IMG/VR virus record: IMGVR_UViG_3300032323_000894
Location: 1 to 64,000 of that record
Length of the DNA: 64,000 bases
Strand: one strand, 5' to 3'
Source: a virus
The notes beneath the pieces are model-generated. The model made no database searches. It was not told the origin of the DNA and saw only the letters and a program-made list of their open reading frames with translations. The translations under genes were made by a program, and so were the position numbers. The number at the start of each line of letters is the position of its first letter. Position 1 is the first letter of the stretch. Below, one piece after another: positions 22,074-31,370 of this stretch.

Positions 22074-22321
22074 GTAGATACCGCTACGAAGTTGATTCAG
22101 AAAACGCACTACGTTTCTGGGACGACGAGAATCCAAACGAGAACGACGCACCGTTCTTCTTCCAGCCTGACTACCCTAATGGCGAGCCATGGGGAACCAA
22201 GAAGGCTGCAGAAGACTGGGCAAAGCTATTTGTTGCATCACTAGAGGACCCTGAGTCTGCGCTAGTTCCTGGAGACTCTCCAGCAGAACCAAGCAAGCCT
22301 CGCCCTGTAGCTGCAGAGTAA
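22070..22321 (+). CDS. Hypothetical acidic protein
   Basis: ATGA overlap with the upstream gene; 83 aa. Confidence 0.65.
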   Translation: MSRYRYEVDSENALRFWDDENPNENDAPFFFQPDYPNGEPWGTKKAAEDWAKLFVASLEDPESALVPGDSPAEPSKPRPVAAE

Positions 22322-22351
22322 CAACTACTTCACTCTAGATAAGAGGAGAGC

Positions 22352-23401
22352 ATGAAAGTAGCTGTTTATACCATTGCATTAAACGAACAACAGTTCGTAA
22401 AGCGTTGGGCAGACTCCTGTAAAGAAGCAGACTTCAGGTTTATTTTAGACACTGGGTCTACGGACGGTACAGTTGAGTCTGCCTACGCTAATGGTGTGGA
22501 TTGCATGATTGCATCCATCAAGCCTTGGCGATTTGATGACGCCAGAAACGCGTCTCTCGCGCTAATCCCTGACGACGTTGATTACTGCATTGCCTTGGAC
22601 ATGGACGAAGTCCTACTTCCAGGATGGCGAGAAGAGCTTGAGAAAGCCCACAAGTTGGGGTTGACTAGGCCTCGCTACAAGTACACTTGGTCTTGGAAGT
22701 CGGACGGAACTCCTGGCCTACAGTACGGTGGAGACAAAATCCACGCTAGAAACGGTTACAGGTGGAAGCACCCTGTACATGAAGTTATTACTTCAGACCG
22801 TATCGAAGAAAAACAAGGCTGGGTTGGATTAGAAATCCACCACTACCCAGACGATACTAAATCCCGTGGCCAGTATCTGCCACTATTAGAGCTCTCTGTC
22901 AGAGAAGACCCTTCAGATGACAGAAACGCCTATTACTTTGCTAGAGAACTTTTCTTTAACAGACAGTATGAACTAGCCGCCCAAGAGTTTGAGCGCCATC
23001 TTTCACTTCCTAGAGCTGTATGGCGACCAGAGCGAGCAGCCTCTATGAGGTACATCGCAAAGTGTAAACCAAAAGAAGCACGACACTGGTTAGAGAAGGC
23101 TACAGAGGAAGACCCTAACAGGCGTGAGGCGCTCGTAGAATTGGCTAACTGGGCCTACCAACACAAACAATGGGAGCTCTGCCTACAGTACTCTGAGAGG
23201 GCGCTGGAGGTCGCTGAGAAGCCTTTGGACTACCTCTGTGAGGAGTTTGCTTGGGGAGCCCTTCCATACGACCTAGCGGCGCTAGCGGCTTACAACACAG
23301 GTGATTTTAAAAAGGCTAAAAAGTACGGTGCAAAGGCTGCTGAACTAGAGCCAGCTGATGAGCGTTTACAGCGAAATCTAGAGTTCTATACAGGACAATA
23401 G
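22352..23401 (+). CDS. GT2 glycosyltransferase with C-terminal TPR repeats
   Basis: LDTGSTDGT, FDDARNASL, LDMDE (DxD) and WKHPVHE, then TPR-like helices; architecture of protein-modifying GT2s. Confidence 0.88.
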   Translation: MKVAVYTIALNEQQFVKRWADSCKEADFRFILDTGSTDGTVESAYANGVDCMIASIKPWRFDDARNASLALIPDDVDYCIALDMDEVLLPGWREELEKAHKLGLTRPRYKYTWSWKSDGTPGLQYGGDKIHARNGYRWKHPVHEVITSDRIEEKQGWVGLEIHHYPDDTKSRGQYLPLLELSVREDPSDDRNAYYFARELFFNRQYELAAQEFERHLSLPRAVWRPERAASMRYIAKCKPKEARHWLEKATEEDPNRREALVELANWAYQHKQWELCLQYSERALEVAEKPLDYLCEEFAWGALPYDLAALAAYNTGDFKKAKKYGAKAAELEPADERLQRNLEFYTGQ

Positions 23402-23425
23402 AACCAAAGACTTTACAGGAGAAAC

Positions 23426-23929
23426 ATGCCAGCAAAAGCAGTGATTCAATACCGCAGAGACACATCCTCTAACTGGACGGCAGTCAACCCAATTCTTGCA
23501 AGCGGTGAGCCTGGATATGAAACCAACACCACCTTTTTTAAGATTGGCGATGGCACCACTCCGTGGAACGCTCTTCCCTACAAAAAGGGTGACGACGGAG
23601 TAGATGCCCCAACTATTATTGGGTTTAATGACCAGACCGTAACTTCGTATACCTTAGCCTTGTCAGACAAAGACAAAATGGTTACTCTAGCCAACTCGTC
23701 AGCGGTAACTCTCCTAGTGCCTACTAACGCAGCAGTTCCGTTTGCAATTGGCACTACCATTAACATTCTCCAAGCAGGAACAGGACAAGTAACGGTCGCC
23801 GCAGTTACCCCTGGAACTACCGCAATTCGCTCCACTCCTGGTGTGAAATTACGCGCCCAGTGGTCCAGTGCTTCCTTGTTTAAGTGGAAAGCTAATGAGT
23901 GGATTCTTTCAGGAGACACCACACTCTAA
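23426..23929 (+). CDS. Mtd_N-like adaptor fused to a C-terminal beta-rich fibre domain
   Basis: IQYRRDTSSNW...NPILASGEPGYET.T..FKIGDG.TPWN.LPY; C-terminus SYTLALSD...LRAQWSSA..W.LSGD. Confidence 0.75.
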   Translation: MPAKAVIQYRRDTSSNWTAVNPILASGEPGYETNTTFFKIGDGTTPWNALPYKKGDDGVDAPTIIGFNDQTVTSYTLALSDKDKMVTLANSSAVTLLVPTNAAVPFAIGTTINILQAGTGQVTVAAVTPGTTAIRSTPGVKLRAQWSSASLFKWKANEWILSGDTTL

Positions 23930-25056
23930 TGCCACGCTTTTTCCTAGGCGGGGTATTCACTTCAGTCCGTGAAAGACTCGCGGACGCATTCGTGCGAGGT
24001 GATAGAGACGATTTAGGAGTAGCTCAAGACGGTAGCCTATGGACTAATATTCGTTCTGGATTAAGAATTTCAAATAACCGTGTAGTAGCTACAAACCCTG
24101 GTCAATTTCCTATGTCCACTATTGACATGCCCTCTACTAACGTAGACATCGCACTAACAGGTGTGACTCAGGGTGCTGGAGCGGCTATTTGGGTACAGAG
24201 CAGTGCTGATTGGACAGCAGTTACTATTGAACAAGAGTCTCGGGTTATTCCTCCTACTACCCAAACCCTAACAGGAACTTTTCAAACCTCTGCTAGCAAC
24301 AACTCCTTTACTTTTACACGGGAAGAGGATGTCCCATTTACCGACTTTGCTGGTGGTAATCCATTTACTGAAAATGGATTTAAACAAGTAACAAATAATG
24401 CGACTGGGTTTAGGAATGCTACTGGTAACTTTTTTTACACCTCACGGGTAAACTTTACGTATTTAGTTACGGGCACAGGCTTCTACACCTATGTGTCAGG
24501 TAAACCACCCAGAGTTCTTACGGGCTCATTTGTCTGGGCCAGAAACGCTACAGGAACTTACAGTATTACGGAAAGAGCACCGTACACATACAGAGAGTCG
24601 TTTACTTTTCAAGTAACAAACACAGTAGCCTGGTCTCGTACAGCGTTTAACGCTCTAGAGCCTTTTACTAATTACTTTACGCGGTCGGTTACGGAGTTTG
24701 TTCCTGGATTTAGTTTTACGGTGTTTGCTCCGTTTACCTACTCAGTAATAGTTCCAGAAACAACAGTTTTTGACCAAAAAGTTAGTATTCGACAATCTAT
24801 TGCTGGAAATATTCAGTTACTAACTTCGTGGGTAGTCTCTTCTAGCCAAGTAATTCGCTCTTTATTGGTGCGTACCCGAGGTAACGAAGTGACTGTTCGC
24901 CCGTATTCTGATGGAAACTTAGTAGCTCAAGTTGGCGACGACCTAGTATACACTGCTACTGGAGCTTCAGTTAATACGCGATTCGGTATAACCCTAGCTC
25001 CTTCCCCAAACAATCAAGGAAACACGGTAGCCACCACAGCTTCTATAACTACGTAG
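23929..25056 (+). CDS. Putative fibre tip protein with a Phe/Thr/Tyr-rich insertion
   Basis: TAATG start at 23929; beta-rich flanks around a low-complexity aromatic/Thr segment. Confidence 0.6.
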   Translation: MPRFFLGGVFTSVRERLADAFVRGDRDDLGVAQDGSLWTNIRSGLRISNNRVVATNPGQFPMSTIDMPSTNVDIALTGVTQGAGAAIWVQSSADWTAVTIEQESRVIPPTTQTLTGTFQTSASNNSFTFTREEDVPFTDFAGGNPFTENGFKQVTNNATGFRNATGNFFYTSRVNFTYLVTGTGFYTYVSGKPPRVLTGSFVWARNATGTYSITERAPYTYRESFTFQVTNTVAWSRTAFNALEPFTNYFTRSVTEFVPGFSFTVFAPFTYSVIVPETTVFDQKVSIRQSIAGNIQLLTSWVVSSSQVIRSLLVRTRGNEVTVRPYSDGNLVAQVGDDLVYTATGASVNTRFGITLAPSPNNQGNTVATTASITT

Positions 25057-25086
25057 GTTAAACTACACGGAGAATAAATAAGGATT

Positions 25087-25776
25087 ATGAAATTTATACA
25101 CTTTTTTTCAGACCCATCTAATAGGGACCTTGGAAAACCCATACCTATAAAACAAGTTTTACCAAAATGGTACAAAGAATCTGAGGCAACTTTTACTGCT
25201 GCTGATGGTTCAGAAGCAGCAGGTTTAAAAAAATGCGTACCTTTCTTAGACGCTATGATGAGTGGTTACACGCTAGTTCTGCCTGTGGACGTATTTGTCT
25301 CGGAAAATGTTGCTGGAGAAGTACAGATTAGATGGAACTCCCCAGATGAATTCCAAGAGTTTATAGGTCAAAGACCTTTTGAATCAGGCGAAAAAATACC
25401 TAGACCAGCAGGTCATCACCCAAATCACTTGGCTTGGAAAGGCACTTGGGGAATAAAAACTCCTCGAGGTTGGAGTGTGCTTGTTACTCACCCCCTAAAT
25501 AGATTTGACCTACCGTTTACTACTACCTCGGGAATTATTGACTCAGATAAATATTCTACAAGCGGAAATCTCCCATTCTTTATGAAGCAGGGCTTTACTG
25601 GGGTTATCCCTGCAGGAACTCCAATTGCTCAACTTATCCCCATAAAAAGAAGTTCGTGGACTGCGGTCTCGAATAACAGTGGGTTACAGTATTTAGAGCC
25701 CCTTCAAGGCTACGCCGTAAGAGACTTGGGAAACAGCTACAAGAAATACTTTTGGCAAAGAAAGAACTATCAATAA
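25087..25776 (+). CDS. dUTPase-fold-like (DUF6065-like) protein, paralog 1
   Basis: KKCVPFLDAM.SGYTL, TP.GWS.L.THPLNR..LPF...GI.D.D, G.IPAGTPI.Q.IP.KR. Confidence 0.5.
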   Translation: MKFIHFFSDPSNRDLGKPIPIKQVLPKWYKESEATFTAADGSEAAGLKKCVPFLDAMMSGYTLVLPVDVFVSENVAGEVQIRWNSPDEFQEFIGQRPFESGEKIPRPAGHHPNHLAWKGTWGIKTPRGWSVLVTHPLNRFDLPFTTTSGIIDSDKYSTSGNLPFFMKQGFTGVIPAGTPIAQLIPIKRSSWTAVSNNSGLQYLEPLQGYAVRDLGNSYKKYFWQRKNYQ

Positions 25777-26168
25777 TGTACGGAAAAGATTACAAAAAAA
25801 AGTATGGTCCAGCGCTTCCTGGAAATAGCCTAAAGTTACTAGCAATTTTAAAGCACATCTTAATCACAAAGTATTTTACTAAAAAAGCTATGAAACAGTC
25901 AGTGTACTTAGACACTGCTTGGAAAGCAGAACTTCCTCGCCATACCCCAGAAAAAAAGTTAAACTACCTCGCAATAGTATACGACGGTGTAGTAGAAGAG
26001 ATGATTAGAGTAGATAGCATTACTGCCAAGTTCTTGTTGGGTGGGGCAGAGTTGGTTCTTTATGACCCAGAAACTACTGCGGTAAAGAAATCAATGAAGT
26101 ATGTAGACGGCAGCTTTATAGAAAATCCAGAGGAGGGTAAAGATGTTAAACCGACCAAAGAAAGTTAA
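25776..26168 (+). CDS. Hypothetical protein
   Basis: TAATG start at 25776; lies between the two paralogs. Confidence 0.6.
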   Translation: MYGKDYKKKYGPALPGNSLKLLAILKHILITKYFTKKAMKQSVYLDTAWKAELPRHTPEKKLNYLAIVYDGVVEEMIRVDSITAKFLLGGAELVLYDPETTAVKKSMKYVDGSFIENPEEGKDVKPTKES

Positions 26169-26805
26169 GTTTCAGTCTACTCAACCTACTTTTAGCCTAC
26201 CTACTCCTACGCCCACCTATAAGAATACTCCCGACTGGTACAGGCAAATGCCTGGTGTAGAGGGCACTGAAATGACCATTAAAAAATGCGTGCCATTCTT
26301 AGACTCTATGACTTCTGGATACACGCTCTACTTGGCAGCAGATGTAGAGTTTGTTAAAGATGGGTTTAAGACGTTTACTAAAGTCCCGACACTAACTGCT
26401 CATTATAAAGAGCAAACCTCAATGGTTCCTGTGCCGTCAGAGTATGACCCACAGCCTTACAAATGGGAAAACTTCTTTGTTATGACTACTCCAAAAGGAT
26501 ATAGCACTCTTTTTACTCACCCATTAAATAGGTCCGAACTTCCGTTTATGTCTATAGCGGGCATTGTAGATACGGACAATCATCCAATTCCAGTTAATTT
26601 TCCGTTTTTTATAAGAAAAGATTTTATTGGAATTATCCCTGCAGGAACCCCGATTATCCAAGCAATACCTTTTAAAAGAGAAACTTGGGTCTCTGAAGTA
26701 GACGAAGAAAACGGAGTTAAAGAGCACCCAGACCTACATAAAATGCACAACCCACCATTTGGCTTTTATAAAAAGCACTGGTGGTCTAGAAAGAGATACT
26801 ACTAA
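26143..26805 (+). CDS. dUTPase-fold-like (DUF6065-like) protein, paralog 2
   Basis: Shares KKCVPFLD.M.SGYTL, THPLNR and IPAGTPI.Q.IP.KR with 25087-25776; GGAGG SD. Confidence 0.5.
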   Translation: MLNRPKKVKFQSTQPTFSLPTPTPTYKNTPDWYRQMPGVEGTEMTIKKCVPFLDSMTSGYTLYLAADVEFVKDGFKTFTKVPTLTAHYKEQTSMVPVPSEYDPQPYKWENFFVMTTPKGYSTLFTHPLNRSELPFMSIAGIVDTDNHPIPVNFPFFIRKDFIGIIPAGTPIIQAIPFKRETWVSEVDEENGVKEHPDLHKMHNPPFGFYKKHWWSRKRYY

Positions 26806-27794
26806 TGGAAACTATTTTTGTAGTTTTTCCAGCACTAGACGACCACGAAATCTTTGCAACCATAGAAGACGCATTTAAAAAAGCAGAACATCCAGAAAGA
26901 TTAGTTTTGGGGATAGCTCCTCTGTACTCTACTCGGAGGTACCTTAGAGATGTCAAAAAGTTTACAAAGAAATTTGGCAGTCAAATACGACTATCTGAAA
27001 TAAAGGTAACTGCTAAAAATATCTTTGAAACTTTAGGCGTGGGTAAAGGTAGGAGAGCTGCTGCAGATTTGTACGCGGGGGAAGACTACGTGCTACAGAT
27101 TGACTCTCACACTTGGTTTGCGCAAGGCTGGGACACTAGGCTTATTGGCCTACACAAACAGGCTGTAAAAGAACTGGGGCTAAGCAAAGTTCTTCTCACG
27201 GGGTATGCGGGGCACTACAAGTACTTTTCAAAGGATATTAGAGAGCCCTTTACAGACGACGGAAAACTAAGGTACCCGTTTATTAATGAGGAGCAAAGAT
27301 TTTCAAACATAATTCCAAACTGGTTTGACGTGCCCCTTCCAGACGACTGCCTTGATTCGTTTGTTCCTTCAGTAAAATTTAACGCAAACTTTTCTTTTGG
27401 AGACAGTAGTTTTGGGGAGTATAACGGGCTGTTAACTGAAGCCGTGTTTTTTGACGAGGAACTTACTCAGACAATAAACCTTACCGCTGCTGGATTTAAC
27501 TTAGTTTTCCCCAATATTAAAGAGCCTTTAATTTGCCATTTATATAGCGACCATTTTAATGAGTTTAGTGAAGCTAGGCCTAGCTTGCCTGACTACATGT
27601 CTCCTTTATTAGGTCAAGTTTTTCACAAAAAAACTAATGACAATTTTACGGCGTTTGTAAAAGACCCTAAAAACCAACCAGCAATAAAGAAGTGGGAAAA
27701 GTACGCTAAATGTAGCCTGACGTTTGGGCCCTTAAGAGCCAACTACGTGCCTGAGTACTACATAAACCAGCCTGATTCTGACCTGAAATTATAG
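26805..27794 (+). CDS. GT60-like (Skp1-hydroxyproline GlcNAc-transferase-like) glycosyltransferase
   Basis: TIFV...D.E...TI...F..A..PERL..GI; G...GR..A..LY.GEDY.LQIDSH..F..GWD..L; F.ANF.F; F.EE. Confidence 0.75.
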   Translation: METIFVVFPALDDHEIFATIEDAFKKAEHPERLVLGIAPLYSTRRYLRDVKKFTKKFGSQIRLSEIKVTAKNIFETLGVGKGRRAAADLYAGEDYVLQIDSHTWFAQGWDTRLIGLHKQAVKELGLSKVLLTGYAGHYKYFSKDIREPFTDDGKLRYPFINEEQRFSNIIPNWFDVPLPDDCLDSFVPSVKFNANFSFGDSSFGEYNGLLTEAVFFDEELTQTINLTAAGFNLVFPNIKEPLICHLYSDHFNEFSEARPSLPDYMSPLLGQVFHKKTNDNFTAFVKDPKNQPAIKKWEKYAKCSLTFGPLRANYVPEYYINQPDSDLKL

Positions 27795-27833
27795 GCTTTA
27801 TAAGTCAAAATAGAAGTCTAAGAAAGGCCGTAA

Positions 27834-28451
27834 ATGCGTGGTGGTAGAGAAGGAACTGACGACAATAGTCGTTTTGCACTCGACTACGAATCTAAGTCTA
27901 TTTACGAGGGCATAGCTGAGGACCTAGGCGGCACGGTAGGTGTAGACCTTGAGTGGTTTAGGTGGCAAGAGTACTATCTAGTAGATAACTACACCACAAT
28001 CGTAGACGACATTTATGATGTATCTAGCTCTGTTCCTGGACAAGGACGAAGATGGATGCTTCCTTTCAAAATGCCTGCTCTTATGGCGCAACTAATACGT
28101 TCTACAAACGTAATGAACGAGCGCGGTTACTACGTGACAGATACACTACGACTAGTAATCAGCGCGGGAGATGCTATGAGGATGCTGCCTAGCTTAGTTG
28201 GGGATAATCCAAACCAGCACATTAAAGACAGGCTTCTATACAGAGGACAAGTATTTACTCCTACTAGGGTTGTTCCTAGAGGGCACTTTGGCTACAAATG
28301 GGCTGTCGTTACCGTGGATTGTAACGAAGTAAACCCAGAAGAGCTAGTAAACGACCCACAGTTCCAACAATACGCTTTGACTCCAGCAATAAGTGTAAGA
28401 ACATTAGGCTATGGCTCTGGAGGCTATGGCGCTGACCTTTACGGAGATTAA
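27834..28451 (+). CDS. Putative head-closure/neck protein with C-terminal GYG repeats
   Basis: Beta-rich HIKDRLLYRGQVF segment; ends GYGSGGYGADLYGD. Assignment mainly by position. Confidence 0.45.
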   Translation: MRGGREGTDDNSRFALDYESKSIYEGIAEDLGGTVGVDLEWFRWQEYYLVDNYTTIVDDIYDVSSSVPGQGRRWMLPFKMPALMAQLIRSTNVMNERGYYVTDTLRLVISAGDAMRMLPSLVGDNPNQHIKDRLLYRGQVFTPTRVVPRGHFGYKWAVVTVDCNEVNPEELVNDPQFQQYALTPAISVRTLGYGSGGYGADLYGD

Positions 28452-28454
28452 ACA

Positions 28455-30656
28455 ATGCCATTAAACAAACCCAACATCGGGCAGTCTAACTGGGGACCAG
28501 TGCTCAACGATGCCCTAGATTACCTAGACTCCAAAGAAGTCTCTGCTGACACTGCTGACTTTGTATTCAGTGAAGACAACTCTGAAGGCTCTCGCAGCAC
28601 GATGACCATCACTGACCACGACATGACTATTCAGACTGTTCGTGATGAAGATTCAGTAGGTTCAGACTGCGACATAAACATTGAAGCAGCTGACGATGTA
28701 TTTATCCGTGCCTACGGAGATGACATTGGTATTTATGCAAGCAGTGAAGTTGAAATTAGAACTAATAATTATGATGGACAGGGACTTGGAGACGGTGGTA
28801 ATGACTCACACTCCTGGACGTTCAATAAAAATGGACACATCGAGTTCCCAGACGGAACTGTCCAAACTACCTCTGCTCAAGGAATTCGTCCTCTTCCAGA
28901 TTTCCTCACATGGAGAGAAGGAACAACTCATCTTCCAGCACTAAACACAAACTTTGGCTGGAACTCTGACGGCGTTTGGTTTCAGAATGCACAAGACGAA
29001 GGAGCAGTCAGCTCCTACCCAATCTATACAGACTTTACTGTTGCACAGAATGAGCCTGTAATTGTTGAATTTGACTTTGATGCCAACACCGAGTGCAATG
29101 ATATTGGCGTTTGCGTTTATGTAGATGGAACAACCCCACAATGGGATTGGAGTCCAAACACAACAAGAATTGCTGCACAGTTTGATTGCTTCAACCTAGA
29201 GCTTGTTGGTCGCACAACAGAGGTAACTGTTGGAGAGGGAGAGGGTATACCAGGCGAAGGAATCTACACCGTTACCTTTACATACAACCCAACAGCATCT
29301 ACTGACAAGGTAACTGTTTCCTACAAGGCACAAGGCTCCAGCGAGGTTATTGCATCACTCAGCCTCAATGAGGCTCTACCTGCTGGTCGTTATCGAGTTG
29401 GCTTTGCAGCAGACCAAAGTTCTTCAAATACAAAAACCTACATGTCTAACTTGTCAATTGATGTCAACAACGATGATGATTTTTACAGCAACGACCTACA
29501 GGATGGCAACTCTGGATTTACATCTGACACAGACCTTGTTATCCCAGTTGCTATCAAGGATGACAACGGCGATGACTTCATCACCTTCACAAGAACCTCT
29601 ACAGGCACTGCTCGTATTGCAACCCCACAGGACGACCTATCACTTCGCTCTGCAAGAGACATCACGCTCTTTGCTGGTAGCGAAGGTCCAGGAAACGTCT
29701 ACATTGGCTGGGGAGACGCAGAGCTCACTCCAGACGCAAGCAACCGAGTTGCAACCATTGCGGACGTTACAGCAGCAACAGGTCTTGGAGACATTACTTT
29801 TGATGGTGTAAAGATTACTGGCGCTGGCACTGCCTCTGGCGACGGACTTGGTGCTGGGACTATGGAATTGGTTCCAGACGCAGACCTATACGCCAATGAC
29901 CAATACCTAGTTATTGACCCAACTGACCCCAACCACATCCACATTCGTGCTGGTGGTGCAATGGATGAGTCCAACGCAAAAGTTATTCTTGGTGGAGAAA
30001 GAAACCACGTTTATGTCTCTGATGGTAGCAGACAAGTTTCAATTCGTACAAGACCAGCAAGAATTGAAAATACCTATGCAAACGTAAACGAAGCAAGCAG
30101 CACAGAGTTTATGGCACCCATGCCAATAATCGTTTCTGTTGGCTATACCGTTACCGTTGGTGAGACTGACTACGAGGTAACAGCAGTTACCCCTAATTCT
30201 CCGTATGAAGGTATGGCAACTGTTACAGCAACTGGAGCATCCTTTGTATCAGGAACTTCATATACATTTAGCTATGAGGAATCATACGACAACTACTGGC
30301 AGTTTAACTCAGATGGATACCTGTATGGACCTGCAATGGGTGGTCTATTTGTTTCAGGCCTTCTTAATGGAGAAGGTGATTTATGGCTTTCGTCAAACGA
30401 TAGCGTTGTTCTTAATGGCAATGAAGGTGGGGAGTTCCTAGGAAATCCAGAATTTCCTGGAAACCAGATTGCAAAACTAGATGATTTAGCCTACCTTCGT
30501 ACTAACGTTCCAACAACTTCTATAGGACTTCCTGGAGAAGTTGCTGGCCTTGTTGCAGACGATGCAAACTATCACTACTACTGCACAGCAGCCTACGACG
30601 GCACTACCCACATTTGGAAGCGTGTCGCCTGGGACGCTGGAACTTGGGGAGATTAG
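28455..30656 (+). CDS. Acidic fibre-like structural protein
   Basis: 733 aa, Asp/Thr-rich; fibre-type motifs KP.IGQ.NWG..LN.ALD, FPDGTVQTT and IWKRVAW. Confidence 0.6.
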   Translation: MPLNKPNIGQSNWGPVLNDALDYLDSKEVSADTADFVFSEDNSEGSRSTMTITDHDMTIQTVRDEDSVGSDCDINIEAADDVFIRAYGDDIGIYASSEVEIRTNNYDGQGLGDGGNDSHSWTFNKNGHIEFPDGTVQTTSAQGIRPLPDFLTWREGTTHLPALNTNFGWNSDGVWFQNAQDEGAVSSYPIYTDFTVAQNEPVIVEFDFDANTECNDIGVCVYVDGTTPQWDWSPNTTRIAAQFDCFNLELVGRTTEVTVGEGEGIPGEGIYTVTFTYNPTASTDKVTVSYKAQGSSEVIASLSLNEALPAGRYRVGFAADQSSSNTKTYMSNLSIDVNNDDDFYSNDLQDGNSGFTSDTDLVIPVAIKDDNGDDFITFTRTSTGTARIATPQDDLSLRSARDITLFAGSEGPGNVYIGWGDAELTPDASNRVATIADVTAATGLGDITFDGVKITGAGTASGDGLGAGTMELVPDADLYANDQYLVIDPTDPNHIHIRAGGAMDESNAKVILGGERNHVYVSDGSRQVSIRTRPARIENTYANVNEASSTEFMAPMPIIVSVGYTVTVGETDYEVTAVTPNSPYEGMATVTATGASFVSGTSYTFSYEESYDNYWQFNSDGYLYGPAMGGLFVSGLLNGEGDLWLSSNDSVVLNGNEGGEFLGNPEFPGNQIAKLDDLAYLRTNVPTTSIGLPGEVAGLVADDANYHYYCTAAYDGTTHIWKRVAWDAGTWGD

Positions 30657-30667
30657 GAAAGGTAAAA

Positions 30668-30856
30668 ATGGCAGAAAAGAAAAAGAAATCAGCTAAAAGA
30701 ATTGGTCACATTGCAGGTAAGAATCCTGAAAAAGCTATTAACCTAGGCTTAACGGGGTCTAAATACCACGGTGGAGGCTCTAAGAATAGGGGTAAAAAAG
30801 GCGGAATTATCCGTAAACCTACCGCCCCTATTAGGTACAGAAAGAAAAGTGATTAG
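30668..30856 (+). CDS. Small Lys/Gly-rich protein
   Basis: GGAAAGG SD, ATG 30668 (MAEKKKK...). Confidence 0.65.
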   Translation: MAEKKKKSAKRIGHIAGKNPEKAINLGLTGSKYHGGGSKNRGKKGGIIRKPTAPIRYRKKSD

Positions 30857-30864
30857 GAAATAAC

Positions 30865-31167
30865 ATGGCAGAAGCAAAAAAGTCAAGTAAGAAGGACCCT
30901 CGCCTAGCTAGAGCTGGCGTATCGGGCTATAACAAACCTAAGGCTACCCCTGGAGCTAAAAAGTCTCACGTAGTAGTGGCCAAAGAAGGTAACCAGATTA
31001 AGACTATTCGTTTTGGTGAGCAGGGAGCGGAAACTGCTGGTAAGCCAAAGGCTGGAGAGTCTGAGCGCATGAAGGCTAAGCGCAAGAGCTTTAAGGCTCG
31101 TCACGGAAAGAACATTGCTAAGGGAAAGATGTCAGCAGCATACTGGGCTGACAAGGTGAAGTGGTAA
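30865..31167 (+). CDS. Small basic protein (DUF6321-like)
   Basis: KDPRL..GVSGYNKPK.TP..KKSHVV.AK.G...K.IRFG.QG...RKSFKARH...KMSAAYWA.KVKW. Confidence 0.65.
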   Translation: MAEAKKSSKKDPRLARAGVSGYNKPKATPGAKKSHVVVAKEGNQIKTIRFGEQGAETAGKPKAGESERMKAKRKSFKARHGKNIAKGKMSAAYWADKVKW

Positions 31168-31370
31168 TGGCTGCCTCTAAACCAAAGCCAAAGCCAAAGG
31201 CTAAGTCAAAAGTAAACGAAGCTGGAAACTACACTAAGCCTGGAATGCGCAAATCTTTATTCAATAAGATTAAAGCTGGCACTAAGGGTGGCGACCCAGG
31301 GGAATGGTCTGCCCGTAAAGCACAGCTACTAGCATCTGAGTACAAGAAAGCTGGCGGAGGCTACAAGTAA
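31167..31370 (+). CDS. Small basic protein, DUF5872-like N-terminal half
   Basis: YTKP..RK.L...IK.G.KGG.PG.WSARKAQLLA.EYKKAGGGY. Confidence 0.7.
   Translation: MAASKPKPKPKAKSKVNEAGNYTKPGMRKSLFNKIKAGTKGGDPGEWSARKAQLLASEYKKAGGGYK

Noticed and set aside
14514-23929. Diversity-generating retroelement suggested by Mtd_N domains
   Set aside because: No reverse transcriptase and no template/variable repeat pair differing at adenines seen in this window; Mtd_N is only the N-terminal stalk domain.
25087-26805. Prolyl hydroxylases supplying hydroxyproline for the GT60-like enzyme
   Set aside because: No HxD...H 2OG-Fe(II) motif is evident; such an enzyme may lie outside the window or not be needed.
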